64,000 bases of DNA from Anaerolineales bacterium (GCA_016932475.1 JAFGCU010000056.1:13787-77786), one strand, 5' to 3'. Shown: positions 9,062-18,177, counted from the stretch's first letter. The notes: a model not told the origin generated them from the letters alone. Numbers and translations are program-made.

Positions 9062-10789
9062 ATGAAGAAATCCAATTCGAACCGCGGTTCCGCCTCCATC
9101 CAAATCGGGATGGACCAGAACATCGGCGCCTCGGTCAAGCGGCGCTCGCTGGAGGATGCATACTTCGCCGAGACGCTCCTCACCGCCGGCGGGGAAACAA
9201 TCACCCTGGCCATCGTCGCCGACGGGATCGGCGGTGCCTCCTCGGGCGAGCGGGCATCGAACCTGACGGTCGAATGCTTCACGGACTTCGTGCGCGAATC
9301 TTCCGGCACGGATTTTCCCCGGATTCTGGAAGGCGCGCTGCAGAAAGCCAACCGAGCGGTCTACGACGAAGCCCAACAGGAAGAACATAAACGCGATATG
9401 GGCTCGACCGCCGTGGCGGTGATCGTCCACGGCGGCAGGTTTTACCTGGCGTCGGTCGGCGACAGCCGCGCCTATCTCGTCCGCGACGGCAAGCCGATCC
9501 AGCTGACCTCGGATCACAACTTCGGCGAGGAGATGATCCGCCTTGGCAAACTGCGCCCGGAGGAAGCGGGGCGCAACCCGCATGCCGGCGCGCTGGTGCG
9601 TTCGATCGGGAACGAACCGGACGTGCAGGTCGATCTGGGCGTGTATTGGAATGCGCGCGAACCCGAAGCCTCCGCCCAAGCCCGGCAGGGGACTCCGCTG
9701 AAGCCGGGCGATCACCTCATCCTGTGCAGCGACGGCTTGATCAAGGAACGCCCGGACGGCCGCGGGCATTTCGTCGAAACCGCGGAATTCGACCCGATCC
9801 TCTCGCGCAATCCGCCGCTCGAGGCGGCGCGGACCCTGGTGAGCAAAGCGATGGGCCGCAACGCCAACGACAACGTGTCGGTGATCGTCCTGCAGAAGCC
9901 GGCGGGCGCGGCCGGCGCGGGAAAAGCGATCCTGCGCTGGGGGATGATCCTGCTGATGCTTGCGGCGCTGGCCGCGGCCGGCGCGACCTTCCTTCCCCGT
10001 CTGCTCCAATCCGCAACGCAAACGCCCATCCCCGCCGGGGATTCAATTCTCACCGGGCAAATCACCGGCGAGGCGTTGTACAAAGAATCCGGCCAAGTAC
10101 CCCAAACCCTGCGGGCGAATTCCTCCCTGCCGGTCAAACCGGGCGGTTCGCTCCAGACGCTCGAGGGGACGGCGCAGTTCATCCTCCCGGATTCCTCGCG
10201 CGTGTATCTGGACCGCTTTTCCGAGGTGACGCTTGCGCAAATCGCCGATCCGCGCACCGGCGTGCAAAACAACATCCTCACGCTGGAACAGGGGCGGCTG
10301 CTGATCGTCCTCGCGCTGCGAACCGGATTCTCAAGCACGATCAAAGCGCCGGATGATTTGCGGGCGCAGGTGCTCGGCTCGGTGATGGGCGTGGCGTACG
10401 ATCCGTCGGAATCGCGGTTGGAAGTCGATTGCCTCGAGGGGGCCTGCCTGGTGGCGAATGCGGGGGACGTTCTGCAACTCGGCGGCGGGCAGTATTCGTG
10501 GGCGGGCAGGAAGTCGATCGGCCGGGTGGAAGAAGCGCGCTATGCGTTGTGGGCGGAATTGGGCGGCGCGGACCCGTCCTGGATAACTCCCACGCCCCTG
10601 CCGACCGCCACATCCACCAACACTCCCACGGCGACGAAGAAATTTATCCCGGCCAAGACGACCGAAGCGCCCCCGCCGCCCGGGGTGCAGCCGAGCGCAA
10701 CACCGGAACCGACCGCGACGGAAGAGATCCTTCCGACCGATCCGCCGGACCTTACGGAAGAACCGGCGGATACCCCGGCCCAGGAATAA
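9062..10789 (+). CDS. PP2C Ser/Thr phosphatase - TM - FecR-like domain - Pro/Thr-rich tail
   Basis: Inside ORF 9026..10789. PP2C motifs (EDAYFAE, VADGIGGASSGERAS, GDSRAYLV, CSDGL, NDNVSVIV). TM GMILLMLAALAAAGATFL. FecR-like beta region (AQFILPDSSRVYLDRFSEVTL...LEQGRLLIV). C-terminal PTPLPTATSTNTPTAT linker-like tail. Confidence 0.85.
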   Translation: MKKSNSNRGSASIQIGMDQNIGASVKRRSLEDAYFAETLLTAGGETITLAIVADGIGGASSGERASNLTVECFTDFVRESSGTDFPRILEGALQKANRAVYDEAQQEEHKRDMGSTAVAVIVHGGRFYLASVGDSRAYLVRDGKPIQLTSDHNFGEEMIRLGKLRPEEAGRNPHAGALVRSIGNEPDVQVDLGVYWNAREPEASAQARQGTPLKPGDHLILCSDGLIKERPDGRGHFVETAEFDPILSRNPPLEAARTLVSKAMGRNANDNVSVIVLQKPAGAAGAGKAILRWGMILLMLAALAAAGATFLPRLLQSATQTPIPAGDSILTGQITGEALYKESGQVPQTLRANSSLPVKPGGSLQTLEGTAQFILPDSSRVYLDRFSEVTLAQIADPRTGVQNNILTLEQGRLLIVLALRTGFSSTIKAPDDLRAQVLGSVMGVAYDPSESRLEVDCLEGACLVANAGDVLQLGGGQYSWAGRKSIGRVEEARYALWAELGGADPSWITPTPLPTATSTNTPTATKKFIPAKTTEAPPPPGVQPSATPEPTATEEILPTDPPDLTEEPADTPAQE

Positions 10790-10984
10790 CCGGTCTTCGC
10801 ATCTTGGCGGTCATGGATCGTAATACCGATGGCAGGGCAGCTTATCCACTTCCAAGACAACTAGTCACTAAGAAGAAAAATTTTCCTTGTGATCTTTGTG
10901 TTTCAGCGATCAACGGATCCACTGTCGTTCATGACAACTATTCGTAAATTTTCTGCAACTGCTCAGCCGACGATCGTCATGCCG

Positions 10985-11018
10985 GCGCCTGCCCCCGCGC
11001 CTGCCCCCGCGCCTGCCC
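10985..11018. repeat. 12-nt tandem repeat (GCGCCTGCCCCC) x about 2.8
   Basis: Read directly: gcgcctgccccc gcgcctgccccc gcgcctgccc. Confidence 0.9.
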
Positions 11019-11457
11019 TCCGAGCGATGAGCGCCGGCGGTTTCCCGGTGCGAAGTTCTCGCGAGCGGGGGACGCTTCCCGGCTCGCTTCTGGTTCATGA
11101 GCCGGGATGAATGCAAAGCGGGGGTGGACCTGGCTGGCATCCATTGGATCGCCGAAAAATACTGGACCCCGGCTTCGAGCACGCCGGGGTGACGGGCAAC
11201 ACCAGGAACGCCTGTAACGCTGCGATTAAAATAATCCGTAAAAAAACGGCTCAGCTGTTACAATTTTCCTTATATTTCCTCGGCCTGTCCGCTTTCGCCC
11301 CCATCTCTTCCTTTTCCCGGCGCCCGCCCACGCGGTATGCGCAGTGTCGGTTTGCTCCGTAAACCTGCGCGGTCACGGAGCGAGGGTAAGCCGGGAGATG
11401 GCGGCCGAAGGCCGGATGAGGGATAGATAGAATGAAGGCGCCTTTCGATGAAATTCC

Positions 11458-12138
11458 CTATTCCCTCATGGCGAGAAAAACCCCCACAAAGTAGTTCTTG
11501 TAAACGCAGTCGACATTGGAAAATCCGGCATCCCCCAGCCAGCGCAGCTGATCATCCAGCGCGGCATCCCGGTCGTACGCCGTCCGCCGGTCGATGCTTT
11601 CCTGGATCTTCTTTTCCGACGGCTCCTGCCGGCGGACCTGGTTCAGCCAGTGGTCCCAATACAATTTCCGCAGGTAGTCGGTTTCACCCCGGATCTGATC
11701 GATGTTGATGAAGACTCCCGGCTGCCGTAGCGCCGAAAAAATCTTCCGGAAGAGATCCTGTTTTTCCCCGTGCGCCAAGTGATGAATGGACAGGCTGGAT
11801 ATCACGAGATCATAATCGTGCGGAACCTGCAGCGCCCGATAATCCCCGACGATGAATTCGAACTGTTTCGGATGCCCGCGGAACCTCTCCCTTGCCACCT
11901 CGAGCATTTTGTCGGCCAAATCGTACAGAAGAAAATGGGCATCCGGATATTTTTCCAGGACATGCTTCGAGAACAATCCCGTCCCGGCCCCCAAATCCAG
12001 GACCTCGAGTGATTTCGCCGTATCGAACGGGATAAGTTCCTGCGCCGTCCGGAAGATTTCGGCGTAATTCGGGAGCGCCTTCCTCATCCAGTCATCGTAG
12101 TATTCGATGGCGGCGTTAAACACCTGATCGATGGTCAT
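11458..12138 (-). CDS. class I SAM-dependent methyltransferase
   Basis: Inside ORF 11458..12243. Start MTIDQVF at 12138 overlaps the upstream stop as ATGA. Motif I VLDLGAGTGLFS. Confidence 0.85.
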   Translation of the reverse strand: MTIDQVFNAAIEYYDDWMRKALPNYAEIFRTAQELIPFDTAKSLEVLDLGAGTGLFSKHVLEKYPDAHFLLYDLADKMLEVARERFRGHPKQFEFIVGDYRALQVPHDYDLVISSLSIHHLAHGEKQDLFRKIFSALRQPGVFINIDQIRGETDYLRKLYWDHWLNQVRRQEPSEKKIQESIDRRTAYDRDAALDDQLRWLGDAGFSNVDCVYKNYFVGVFLAMRE

Positions 12139-12758
12139 TCCGACTCCCGGATCAACGGGGGCGGGTCGGGCGACCCGGTTTCCAACCCATCCGACCGCAG
12201 CGTATCGATAAACCGGCGAACGCCCTCCTCCCGGTTCGTCCAAAGGACTGTCTGCATCCCCACCTGCCGCGCACCTTCAATATTGGCATTGGAATCATCC
12301 ATAAAAAGGCACCGCTTTGGTTCGGCTCCCAGGCGCCGGGCGGCGCGCAGGTAGATTTCCGGATCCGGCTTGCGCACGCCTTCCGCGCCCGAGGAAAGAA
12401 CGACCTCGAACTTATCCGCGAGATTCAATTTGGCGTCGAAATACGGGTAGGTCAGCCGGGTTCCATTGTTGATGATCCCCAATTTATATTTTTTCCGCAA
12501 CGCGGGGAGCAAATCCCACAACGGCGGATAGAGTTCGTATTTGTCGGGGATTTGCGATAAGGCTTTTTCGAATGCTTCATCGTCGAGGTTCAACCCGGAT
12601 TGGGCGGCTTTCCGGAACGCGTCATCGTCGACCACCCCGCCGATCATGCCGTCCACCGCGTCCACGGTTTTATCACCCGCATAATCGCCGCGCAGGAACA
12701 GCAGCACGCCCATGAAATCAAAGAGGATGGCCTTCAGTCCGGGGTTATGGTCTGTCAT
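12135..12758 (-). CDS. HAD-IA family hydrolase
   Basis: Inside ORF 12135..12794. AILFDFMGVLLF (motif I), LGIINNG, CLFMDDSNANIEGA (motif IV). Start at 12758 overlaps the upstream stop (ATGA). Confidence 0.8.
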   Translation of the reverse strand: MTDHNPGLKAILFDFMGVLLFLRGDYAGDKTVDAVDGMIGGVVDDDAFRKAAQSGLNLDDEAFEKALSQIPDKYELYPPLWDLLPALRKKYKLGIINNGTRLTYPYFDAKLNLADKFEVVLSSGAEGVRKPDPEIYLRAARRLGAEPKRCLFMDDSNANIEGARQVGMQTVLWTNREEGVRRFIDTLRSDGLETGSPDPPPLIRESE

Positions 12759-13222
12759 CCTGAACCGCCGGTTCGGCTTATTCTCTGTGCGCAAACCATT
12801 TCATACAAAACGGATGATTCCTCCTCCTCGGCGACGAGGTTCCGGCAGGCCGTCACGAACAGCCCCTCGGCGAATTCGCCGTGGAACAGGTAATACTCCC
12901 CGGAACCGCCGTCCCGGTATTGACAACTCACCATTCCGAACGGCTGACCGATCGGCCGCTCCTCCGACGCAACCATATCCTTCAGCAGGGGCCGAAGCTC
13001 CTCCGCCAATTGGCCGGCATCGAAGACGCCGGATTCAACGGTCAGCCATTCCGGCAGCGCCCCGTACGAAAGCCGTGCCCTGCCGTCTCGCCGGACGGTC
13101 AAACGCGTCTCCCCATGCGGGAAATCAAGGCTGATGCTCTCGATCTTGCCGGTTTTCGGCTGGCAGGAGAAAATGGCCGGCGGTAGAACGGCGAGAAAAA
13201 GAAATTTCACGAAGGGATTCAT
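12755..13222 (-). CDS. putative lipoprotein (hypothetical)
   Basis: Inside ORF 12755..13276. MNPFVKFLFLAVLPPAIFSCQ looks like a lipoprotein signal with a Cys. No recognised domain. Confidence 0.6.
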   Translation of the reverse strand: MNPFVKFLFLAVLPPAIFSCQPKTGKIESISLDFPHGETRLTVRRDGRARLSYGALPEWLTVESGVFDAGQLAEELRPLLKDMVASEERPIGQPFGMVSCQYRDGGSGEYYLFHGEFAEGLFVTACRNLVAEEEESSVLYEMVCAQRISRTGGSG

Positions 13223-13245
13223 GCGGGCTTGCTCCCCGTCCGGGG

Positions 13246-13788
13246 TCATGGCTGTTCCGGCAGCCGGAATTTCCATTCCAGAGCGAGTTCATACAAGTCC
13301 GCATCCCGCGTTACGAAGATCAGCGATTCACCCTCGGCGAGATAGCTTTCCGGTTGCAGCCGTTCCATTTGCAGCCAGAACCGTTCCAAATATCCGTGCA
13401 GGGTAATGTCCGCGGCGTAATACCGGAGGCGGAAACCATCGTAGTTGATGAACACCTCGGGTGGACTTATTTCCCTGCGGGAAGCAAAGACATACCACTC
13501 ATCGAATTGATTGCTCGGAAGCTCATCCGGAGAGGTTACCCGCGGACTGTAGGCCAATCCGGATTTCAAAATCCAGCCCCTGTTTTTCAGTTCGTCCGAC
13601 GGAATAAAAGGTCCGCTGTCGAACGAAGTGACGATCACGAACTTACCGGCGACGATCCCGGGGACGGCCGAGACCAGTTCTCCCAGGAACTGGGAATCCC
13701 ATACGATCCAGTGAAATTCCCCGCGCTGTCCGGTGATCACCGGGATTTTCTCCGGAATGTATCCATCCCCCTTTTTACCACACTCCAC
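13246..13788 (-). CDS. hypothetical protein
   Basis: ORF 13246..13788, 180 aa, in the same-strand gene string. No motif recognised. Confidence 0.55.
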   Translation of the reverse strand: MECGKKGDGYIPEKIPVITGQRGEFHWIVWDSQFLGELVSAVPGIVAGKFVIVTSFDSGPFIPSDELKNRGWILKSGLAYSPRVTSPDELPSNQFDEWYVFASRREISPPEVFINYDGFRLRYYAADITLHGYLERFWLQMERLQPESYLAEGESLIFVTRDADLYELALEWKFRLPEQP

Positions 13789-13856
13789 CCTCTTCCGCGC
13801 GCTTTCGGCGAACTACCGCATCCGGGATTCTCCGAGGGGAAGCTGCGGATTTCGAT

Positions 13857-14324
13857 TTATCGCATGAACGCCGGAATCTGGCCCGTAACGGCATCTTCGA
13901 TCCGTTCCCGATGGATTTCCAGCATGTCCATGGCGTTAATCTCCAACAGCGTGAAATACCCGAAATCGGTTGTCTCGGCGGAAATGGAGAGTTCGCCGCC
14001 GGTCACCTCGGCTTCAAAATGCAGCGCCACAAGATGAAATTTGTTTCCATCAGGATACTCGAGCAGCCGGTTTGGATTGGTGTATATCCCCACCAGCCTT
14101 TTCACGCGGACGGATAATCCCGTTTCTTCTTTTACCTCCCGGATGCAGGCTTCCACGGCGCTTTCACCGGGTTCCATATGCCCACTCGGCAAACACCATT
14201 GGCCGTTGTCGGCGCGGCGAGTCAGGAGGACTTTTTCACGAGTTCCGTTGAACACGACGGCCGAACATCCGACGAGGATTTTTCCCGTTGCACCGATTCG
14301 ATCGCCAAATATCGTCTTCGACAT
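13857..14324 (-). CDS. NUDIX hydrolase
   Basis: Nudix box GHMEPGESAVEACIREVKEETGL. RBS GAGG upstream of the ATG. Confidence 0.9.
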   Translation of the reverse strand: MSKTIFGDRIGATGKILVGCSAVVFNGTREKVLLTRRADNGQWCLPSGHMEPGESAVEACIREVKEETGLSVRVKRLVGIYTNPNRLLEYPDGNKFHLVALHFEAEVTGGELSISAETTDFGYFTLLEINAMDMLEIHRERIEDAVTGQIPAFMR

Positions 14325-14452
14325 TTCCGCCTCATGGCGTGATCCCGAAAATCTCCATCGGGAAAGGCCAAAACCAAATCGCCCGGGTATCCTTCGCGAT
14401 CATGAATTGTTTTTTGCCGCGCGCGGTCCGGATTTCCTTGGAATAATCCGTG

Positions 14453-15502
14453 TCAATCCAATTTTCCACGGATCTCCGCCATATACTTCGCCCCGCAGCG
14501 GCAGCACACGGCCAGCGGCTGTTTCCGCCGGTACTCACGGAATGCTTCGGCCCGCGGGCTGTTCCACAACTCGGCGATGGTCGCCTCGCGCACGTTTCCG
14601 ATCGCGTAATCCGGAAAATCCACGCAGAAATTCGCCTCGCCCGCCGGCTGGATGTCGATCAGTTTTTCCACGTTCGCGCATGCCGCGGATCCGACCGGCG
14701 TCACCGCGTCGGTGAACCAGGTACGGTATTCGTTTTCCGACATCGGGAAGTACGGGTAATCCGTGATCCCGCCCAGCGCGGCATGGTAAGCGCGCAGTTC
14801 ATCCAGGAACAAATCCGCATCCACCCCGCTCTCCTCGTGATGAAATCCGCGCCAGGAGAACGCCTTGCATCCGAAATTTTCCGCCAGTTGCGTTTCGTAT
14901 TTTTCGCCGGCCGCCCGGGGGATGAAATAATACGCAACAATACAAATGGAGCCGATTCCCAGGCTTCGCGCCACATCGGGGATTTGGCCAAGCGCCCGGT
15001 AGGAATACGGGCTGATGGTGAAGGTGATCGATTTGGAGAGAGCCGCCCCCCGGGTCTTTTCTTCTTCCGCAATCCGCGCCAGCCCGTCCCGCAGCAATCG
15101 GAACGTGCCCTTCACCCCCCGCACCGCATCATGGACCTCCTCGGGGCCGTCGACCGATACGGTGAGATGCATATTTCCGATGCGGACGAGATCCGCGGCG
15201 TATCGGGCGAGCCGGGTGCCGTTGGTGTCGATCGAGGCGAAAATCCCTTTCGCGCGGATGTGTTCCAGGAGCGGGATGATCTCCGGAAAGAGGAACACTT
15301 CCCCGCCGCGGAGTAGAACATTCTTCAAACCATGATCCGCGATTTCATCGATTATTCTTTTCCAATCCGCGAGTCCAAGCTCATTTTGCCGGGCGGCGGA
15401 CCGGCCCCGGATGTACCCTTCTTCGCTCCATTGGCCGCACATCCGGCAGCGCAGGTTGCAGGCGTTGGTGATGGTGAGAGAGACGGATTGGGGAAATGTC
15501 AT
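14453..15502 (-). CDS. radical SAM protein with SPASM/twitch-like C-terminal domain
   Basis: TNACNLRCRMCGQW (CxxxCxxC). C-terminal Cys-rich part with GNVREATIAELWNSP and CCRCG. Confidence 0.85.
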   Translation of the reverse strand: MTFPQSVSLTITNACNLRCRMCGQWSEEGYIRGRSAARQNELGLADWKRIIDEIADHGLKNVLLRGGEVFLFPEIIPLLEHIRAKGIFASIDTNGTRLARYAADLVRIGNMHLTVSVDGPEEVHDAVRGVKGTFRLLRDGLARIAEEEKTRGAALSKSITFTISPYSYRALGQIPDVARSLGIGSICIVAYYFIPRAAGEKYETQLAENFGCKAFSWRGFHHEESGVDADLFLDELRAYHAALGGITDYPYFPMSENEYRTWFTDAVTPVGSAACANVEKLIDIQPAGEANFCVDFPDYAIGNVREATIAELWNSPRAEAFREYRRKQPLAVCCRCGAKYMAEIRGKLD

Positions 15503-15543
15503 GGCGCGTTTTCCTCGCTATTGCATACCACCCTCACCCCCAT

Positions 15544-15573
15544 CCCCTCTCCCTGTGGCCACTGGGAGAGGGG
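15544..15573 (-). terminator. 10-bp perfect hairpin between murJ and the radical SAM gene
   Basis: cccctctccc-tgtggccact-gggagagggg. No U-tract, so its function (terminator or processing site) is uncertain. Confidence 0.3.
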
Positions 15574-15604
15574 CAGCCGGTGTTTTTCCGGCGGGGTAAG
15601 GGGT

Positions 15605-16909
15605 TCAAATCATCTTCCTTCTTCGCATCAGTATTAAGAGCAGCACCGCCTCGAAGGAATAGGCGGACGAATTGGCGATCGCCACGCCGAGGTAGCCGGA
15701 TCCGGGTGTGAGGAGAAAACACAACGCGATGAAAAGCGCCGCGGTGGCCAGGCCCGTCCAGAGGGGCGTGCGGGCATCCTGCCGGGCATAGAACGAACGA
15801 ACGGCGGTCTCGATCAGCGCGTGGGCGGGCAACCCGAGCAGGAAGATCCGCGCGGCGGCGGCCACCATCGCCGAATCCTCCGCCGTAAAGGCGCGTCCCT
15901 CAAAGACCATCCGCACCGCGGTCCCCATCAACGGGATCCCCAGGAGTAATACCGGCAGCGTCATCCCGAGAATCGCCAGCATGGCGCGCCGGATGATCCC
16001 CCGCAGAACATCCCACTCCCCGCGGTCGGCCAGTTCCGAGAGCGTCGGCAGGAGGACCGTTCCGAGCGCGGATCCGAGGATCGTCTCGGGCACCTGCAGG
16101 ATCAGCCAGCCGTACGCCAGCGCGGTGATCGCGCCCTCGCCCAGCCCGGAGGCAAAATTATCGGTCGCGACGAAGATCGTCTGGATCGCCGCCACGGTCA
16201 GGATCCGCGGCCCCATCAGCGTGGCGGCTTTGATCACCCCGGGGGAACGCCAATCCAGCGAGGGGGTCCAGCGGAAACCGTAGCGGATCAACGCCGGTAT
16301 CTGAATCCCCAGATGCAGCGCCGCGCCGAGGATCGTCCCGTAGGCCAGACCGAAAATCCCGAACCGCGGCACCAGTACAAGCACACCGAATATCAACCCG
16401 GCGTTGTAGAGGATCGGCGCCAGTCCGGGAAGCAGGAAGTGTTTGTTGGCCTGCAAAGCCCCCATCACCAGTCCGCTGATCGAAAAGATGAGCAGCGCCA
16501 GCAGATCGAGCCGCATCAGGCTGGTGGTGAGCGCCTGGTATTCGGGATCGAGGTTCGGAACCACCACGCGGGTAACGAACGGCTCAGCGAAAACCGCCAG
16601 GACAACGGCCATCGACGCGGTGATCAGGAACGCCCAGTTCGCCAGTCGCGAGAACAGCGCCCAGGCCGCATCCCGGCCTTCCCGGTCGAGCGCTTCGGTC
16701 AGCACCGGGATGACCGCCACCGCCATCGCCCCGCCGGAGATCAGCGCAAACAGCATATCCGGCAGATTGTTGGCGGCGTTGAAGGCGTCCAGCTCCAAGC
16801 CGACCCCGAATCGCTGCCCGACCAGAATCTGCCGCAGCAGCGCGATCAGTTTATCCGCCGCGAACAGAAATCCGAGGAGCAGGAATGATTTAACTATCCG
16901 TTTGTTCAA
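15605..16909 (-). CDS. murJ: lipid II flippase MurJ
   Basis: Inside ORF 15605..17152. Homologous N-terminus NKRIVKSFLLLGFLFAADKLIALLRQILVGQRFGVGLELDAFNAANNLP. TTG start at 16907-16909 follows GGAGG and overlaps the upstream stop (TTGA). Polytopic throughout. Confidence 0.85.
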   Translation of the reverse strand: MNKRIVKSFLLLGFLFAADKLIALLRQILVGQRFGVGLELDAFNAANNLPDMLFALISGGAMAVAVIPVLTEALDREGRDAAWALFSRLANWAFLITASMAVVLAVFAEPFVTRVVVPNLDPEYQALTTSLMRLDLLALLIFSISGLVMGALQANKHFLLPGLAPILYNAGLIFGVLVLVPRFGIFGLAYGTILGAALHLGIQIPALIRYGFRWTPSLDWRSPGVIKAATLMGPRILTVAAIQTIFVATDNFASGLGEGAITALAYGWLILQVPETILGSALGTVLLPTLSELADRGEWDVLRGIIRRAMLAILGMTLPVLLLGIPLMGTAVRMVFEGRAFTAEDSAMVAAAARIFLLGLPAHALIETAVRSFYARQDARTPLWTGLATAALFIALCFLLTPGSGYLGVAIANSSAYSFEAVLLLILMRRRKMI

Positions 16910-18177
16910 ACAACCTCCCCAAGCTGTGTCAGTTGTTCGAGCGCGGGCGCGAAACCCGGATGCCGGACAAGCGCCTCCCGCCAGTCGTCGATCGCTCCCT
17001 GCCGGTCGCCCAGCTGGTAACGCGCCATCCCGCGCCAATACCAGGATTCCTCCAGGTTTTCCTGTACGTACAACGTGGCGCTCGCCAGGTCTTTTACAAC
17101 CTGGTATTGGCCGGAATAATAATACGCGAAGTACGGCCCGGTCTGATACCATAGAAACCGGTACGGCAGCCCCATGTTCCGCGCCATGTCATAGGCGAAC
17201 GCCGCGTCCACATATTCCTTGCGCGCCACATGCACCGTGCCAAGGTTAAAATACGCGTACGCCAGCGGCTCCCCGCTAAGCGTCAGGGATTCGCGCTGCG
17301 CCAGGTCCAGCGCGGCAAGGGAGTTCAATGCGGCGTCCGCATTCGGCCCGAGTATCCCGGCCAATTCGCTTTCCCGTTCGCGGGGAAAAACCACTATGTA
17401 GATGTAGTTGAACGCCCGCCAGTCGTAAAGCAGAGAATCATAATCAACCGTGAAATCTGGCCCGTGGTACGAATCCTGGGTCAGGATGGTGCGTGTCGTG
17501 TCGTCGTAACCCATCACCAGCGTGTAATGCCCCATCCATCCCAGGTCCGTGCGGCCGGGGACGATCAATCCTTTTTCGACCAGGACCGGGAATCCGGCGG
17601 CGACCATCTGACGAAGATCGTCCAATGTGCCGGCCATGCGGTTGTACACGCCGTAGGGCGAGTTTTCGAGCGCGTAGCGTTCCATCTCGTACGGCATGAC
17701 GTTTTTATCTTCCTTGTTCGGTTTTAGGACTCTGGCCGCCCTGGTCTGGTCCCCGTCCCAGCCCCAGAAGTTAAGCAGCATCGAAAGGCTGGCCGGTCCG
17801 CAATTGTTATAGCCCTGGGGCTCGTGCCGGAAGGGGGCGAGCGTCACGGAAGCCGGAACCGGCGCCCGCGACGGGGTGGGGGTGACGGTCGGGAGTTCGC
17901 CTTCGGTCTGAATGAGGAGCGGTGTGACGGTCGGGGTCGATGCCTCCGCGAGGTCCTTCGCCGCGGTAAGGGTCCCCTGCATGATCGCCATCCGCACCGG
18001 ATCGGCGGTCGCGATCGTATCCGGATGCGGAAAGAAAAAACTCCGCAGCTGCCCGCGGAATTCGTCCACCCGCCAGGCCAGCCGGTCGTTGACGGCCGGG
18101 ATCTGGTACACAAGCAGCGCCGTCTCGATCAATATGATGGCGATCAACGCCACGGTAAACACTCGTCTCAGTTTCAA
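16906..18177 (-). CDS. membrane-anchored C39-like cysteine peptidase domain + TPR-like repeats
   Basis: N-terminal TM. NNCGPASLSMLLNFWGW (papain-like catalytic Cys context of the Peptidase_C39_2 type) and GHYTLVMGYD (His). C-terminal helical repeats (AYAYFNLGTVHVARKEY..., WYWRGMARYQLGD). Confidence 0.75.
   Translation of the reverse strand: MKLRRVFTVALIAIILIETALLVYQIPAVNDRLAWRVDEFRGQLRSFFFPHPDTIATADPVRMAIMQGTLTAAKDLAEASTPTVTPLLIQTEGELPTVTPTPSRAPVPASVTLAPFRHEPQGYNNCGPASLSMLLNFWGWDGDQTRAARVLKPNKEDKNVMPYEMERYALENSPYGVYNRMAGTLDDLRQMVAAGFPVLVEKGLIVPGRTDLGWMGHYTLVMGYDDTTRTILTQDSYHGPDFTVDYDSLLYDWRAFNYIYIVVFPRERESELAGILGPNADAALNSLAALDLAQRESLTLSGEPLAYAYFNLGTVHVARKEYVDAAFAYDMARNMGLPYRFLWYQTGPYFAYYYSGQYQVVKDLASATLYVQENLEESWYWRGMARYQLGDRQGAIDDWREALVRHPGFAPALEQLTQLGEVV

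Noticed and set aside
8741-10021. 426-aa minus-strand ORF overlapping the FHA and PP2C genes.
   Set aside because: It is a shadow ORF with an Arg/Gly/Asp-rich low-information translation. The plus-strand frames carry clear FHA and PP2C motifs.
10985-11018. Possible CRISPR-like or minisatellite array.
   Set aside because: There are fewer than three copies of a 12-nt unit with no spacers. It is a simple tandem repeat, not a CRISPR.
10889-11110. 73-aa ORF containing PAPAPAPAPAP.
   Set aside because: The Pro-Ala run is just the translation of the 12-nt tandem repeat. There is no RBS, the N-terminal half has atypical AT-rich codons, and it starts inside a repeat arm.
14332-14403. 23-codon ORF (MIAKDTRAIWFWPFPMEIFGITP) between the radical SAM/SPASM and NUDIX genes, considered as a RiPP precursor.
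   Set aside because: There is no Shine-Dalgarno sequence (the upstream sequence is aaaaaacaattc). The region looks like a degenerate GTCAY/GAAGGAT-type repeat, and there are no Cys or Gly-Gly style features. It would be worth re-opening only if the peptide is conserved next to orthologous rSAM genes.
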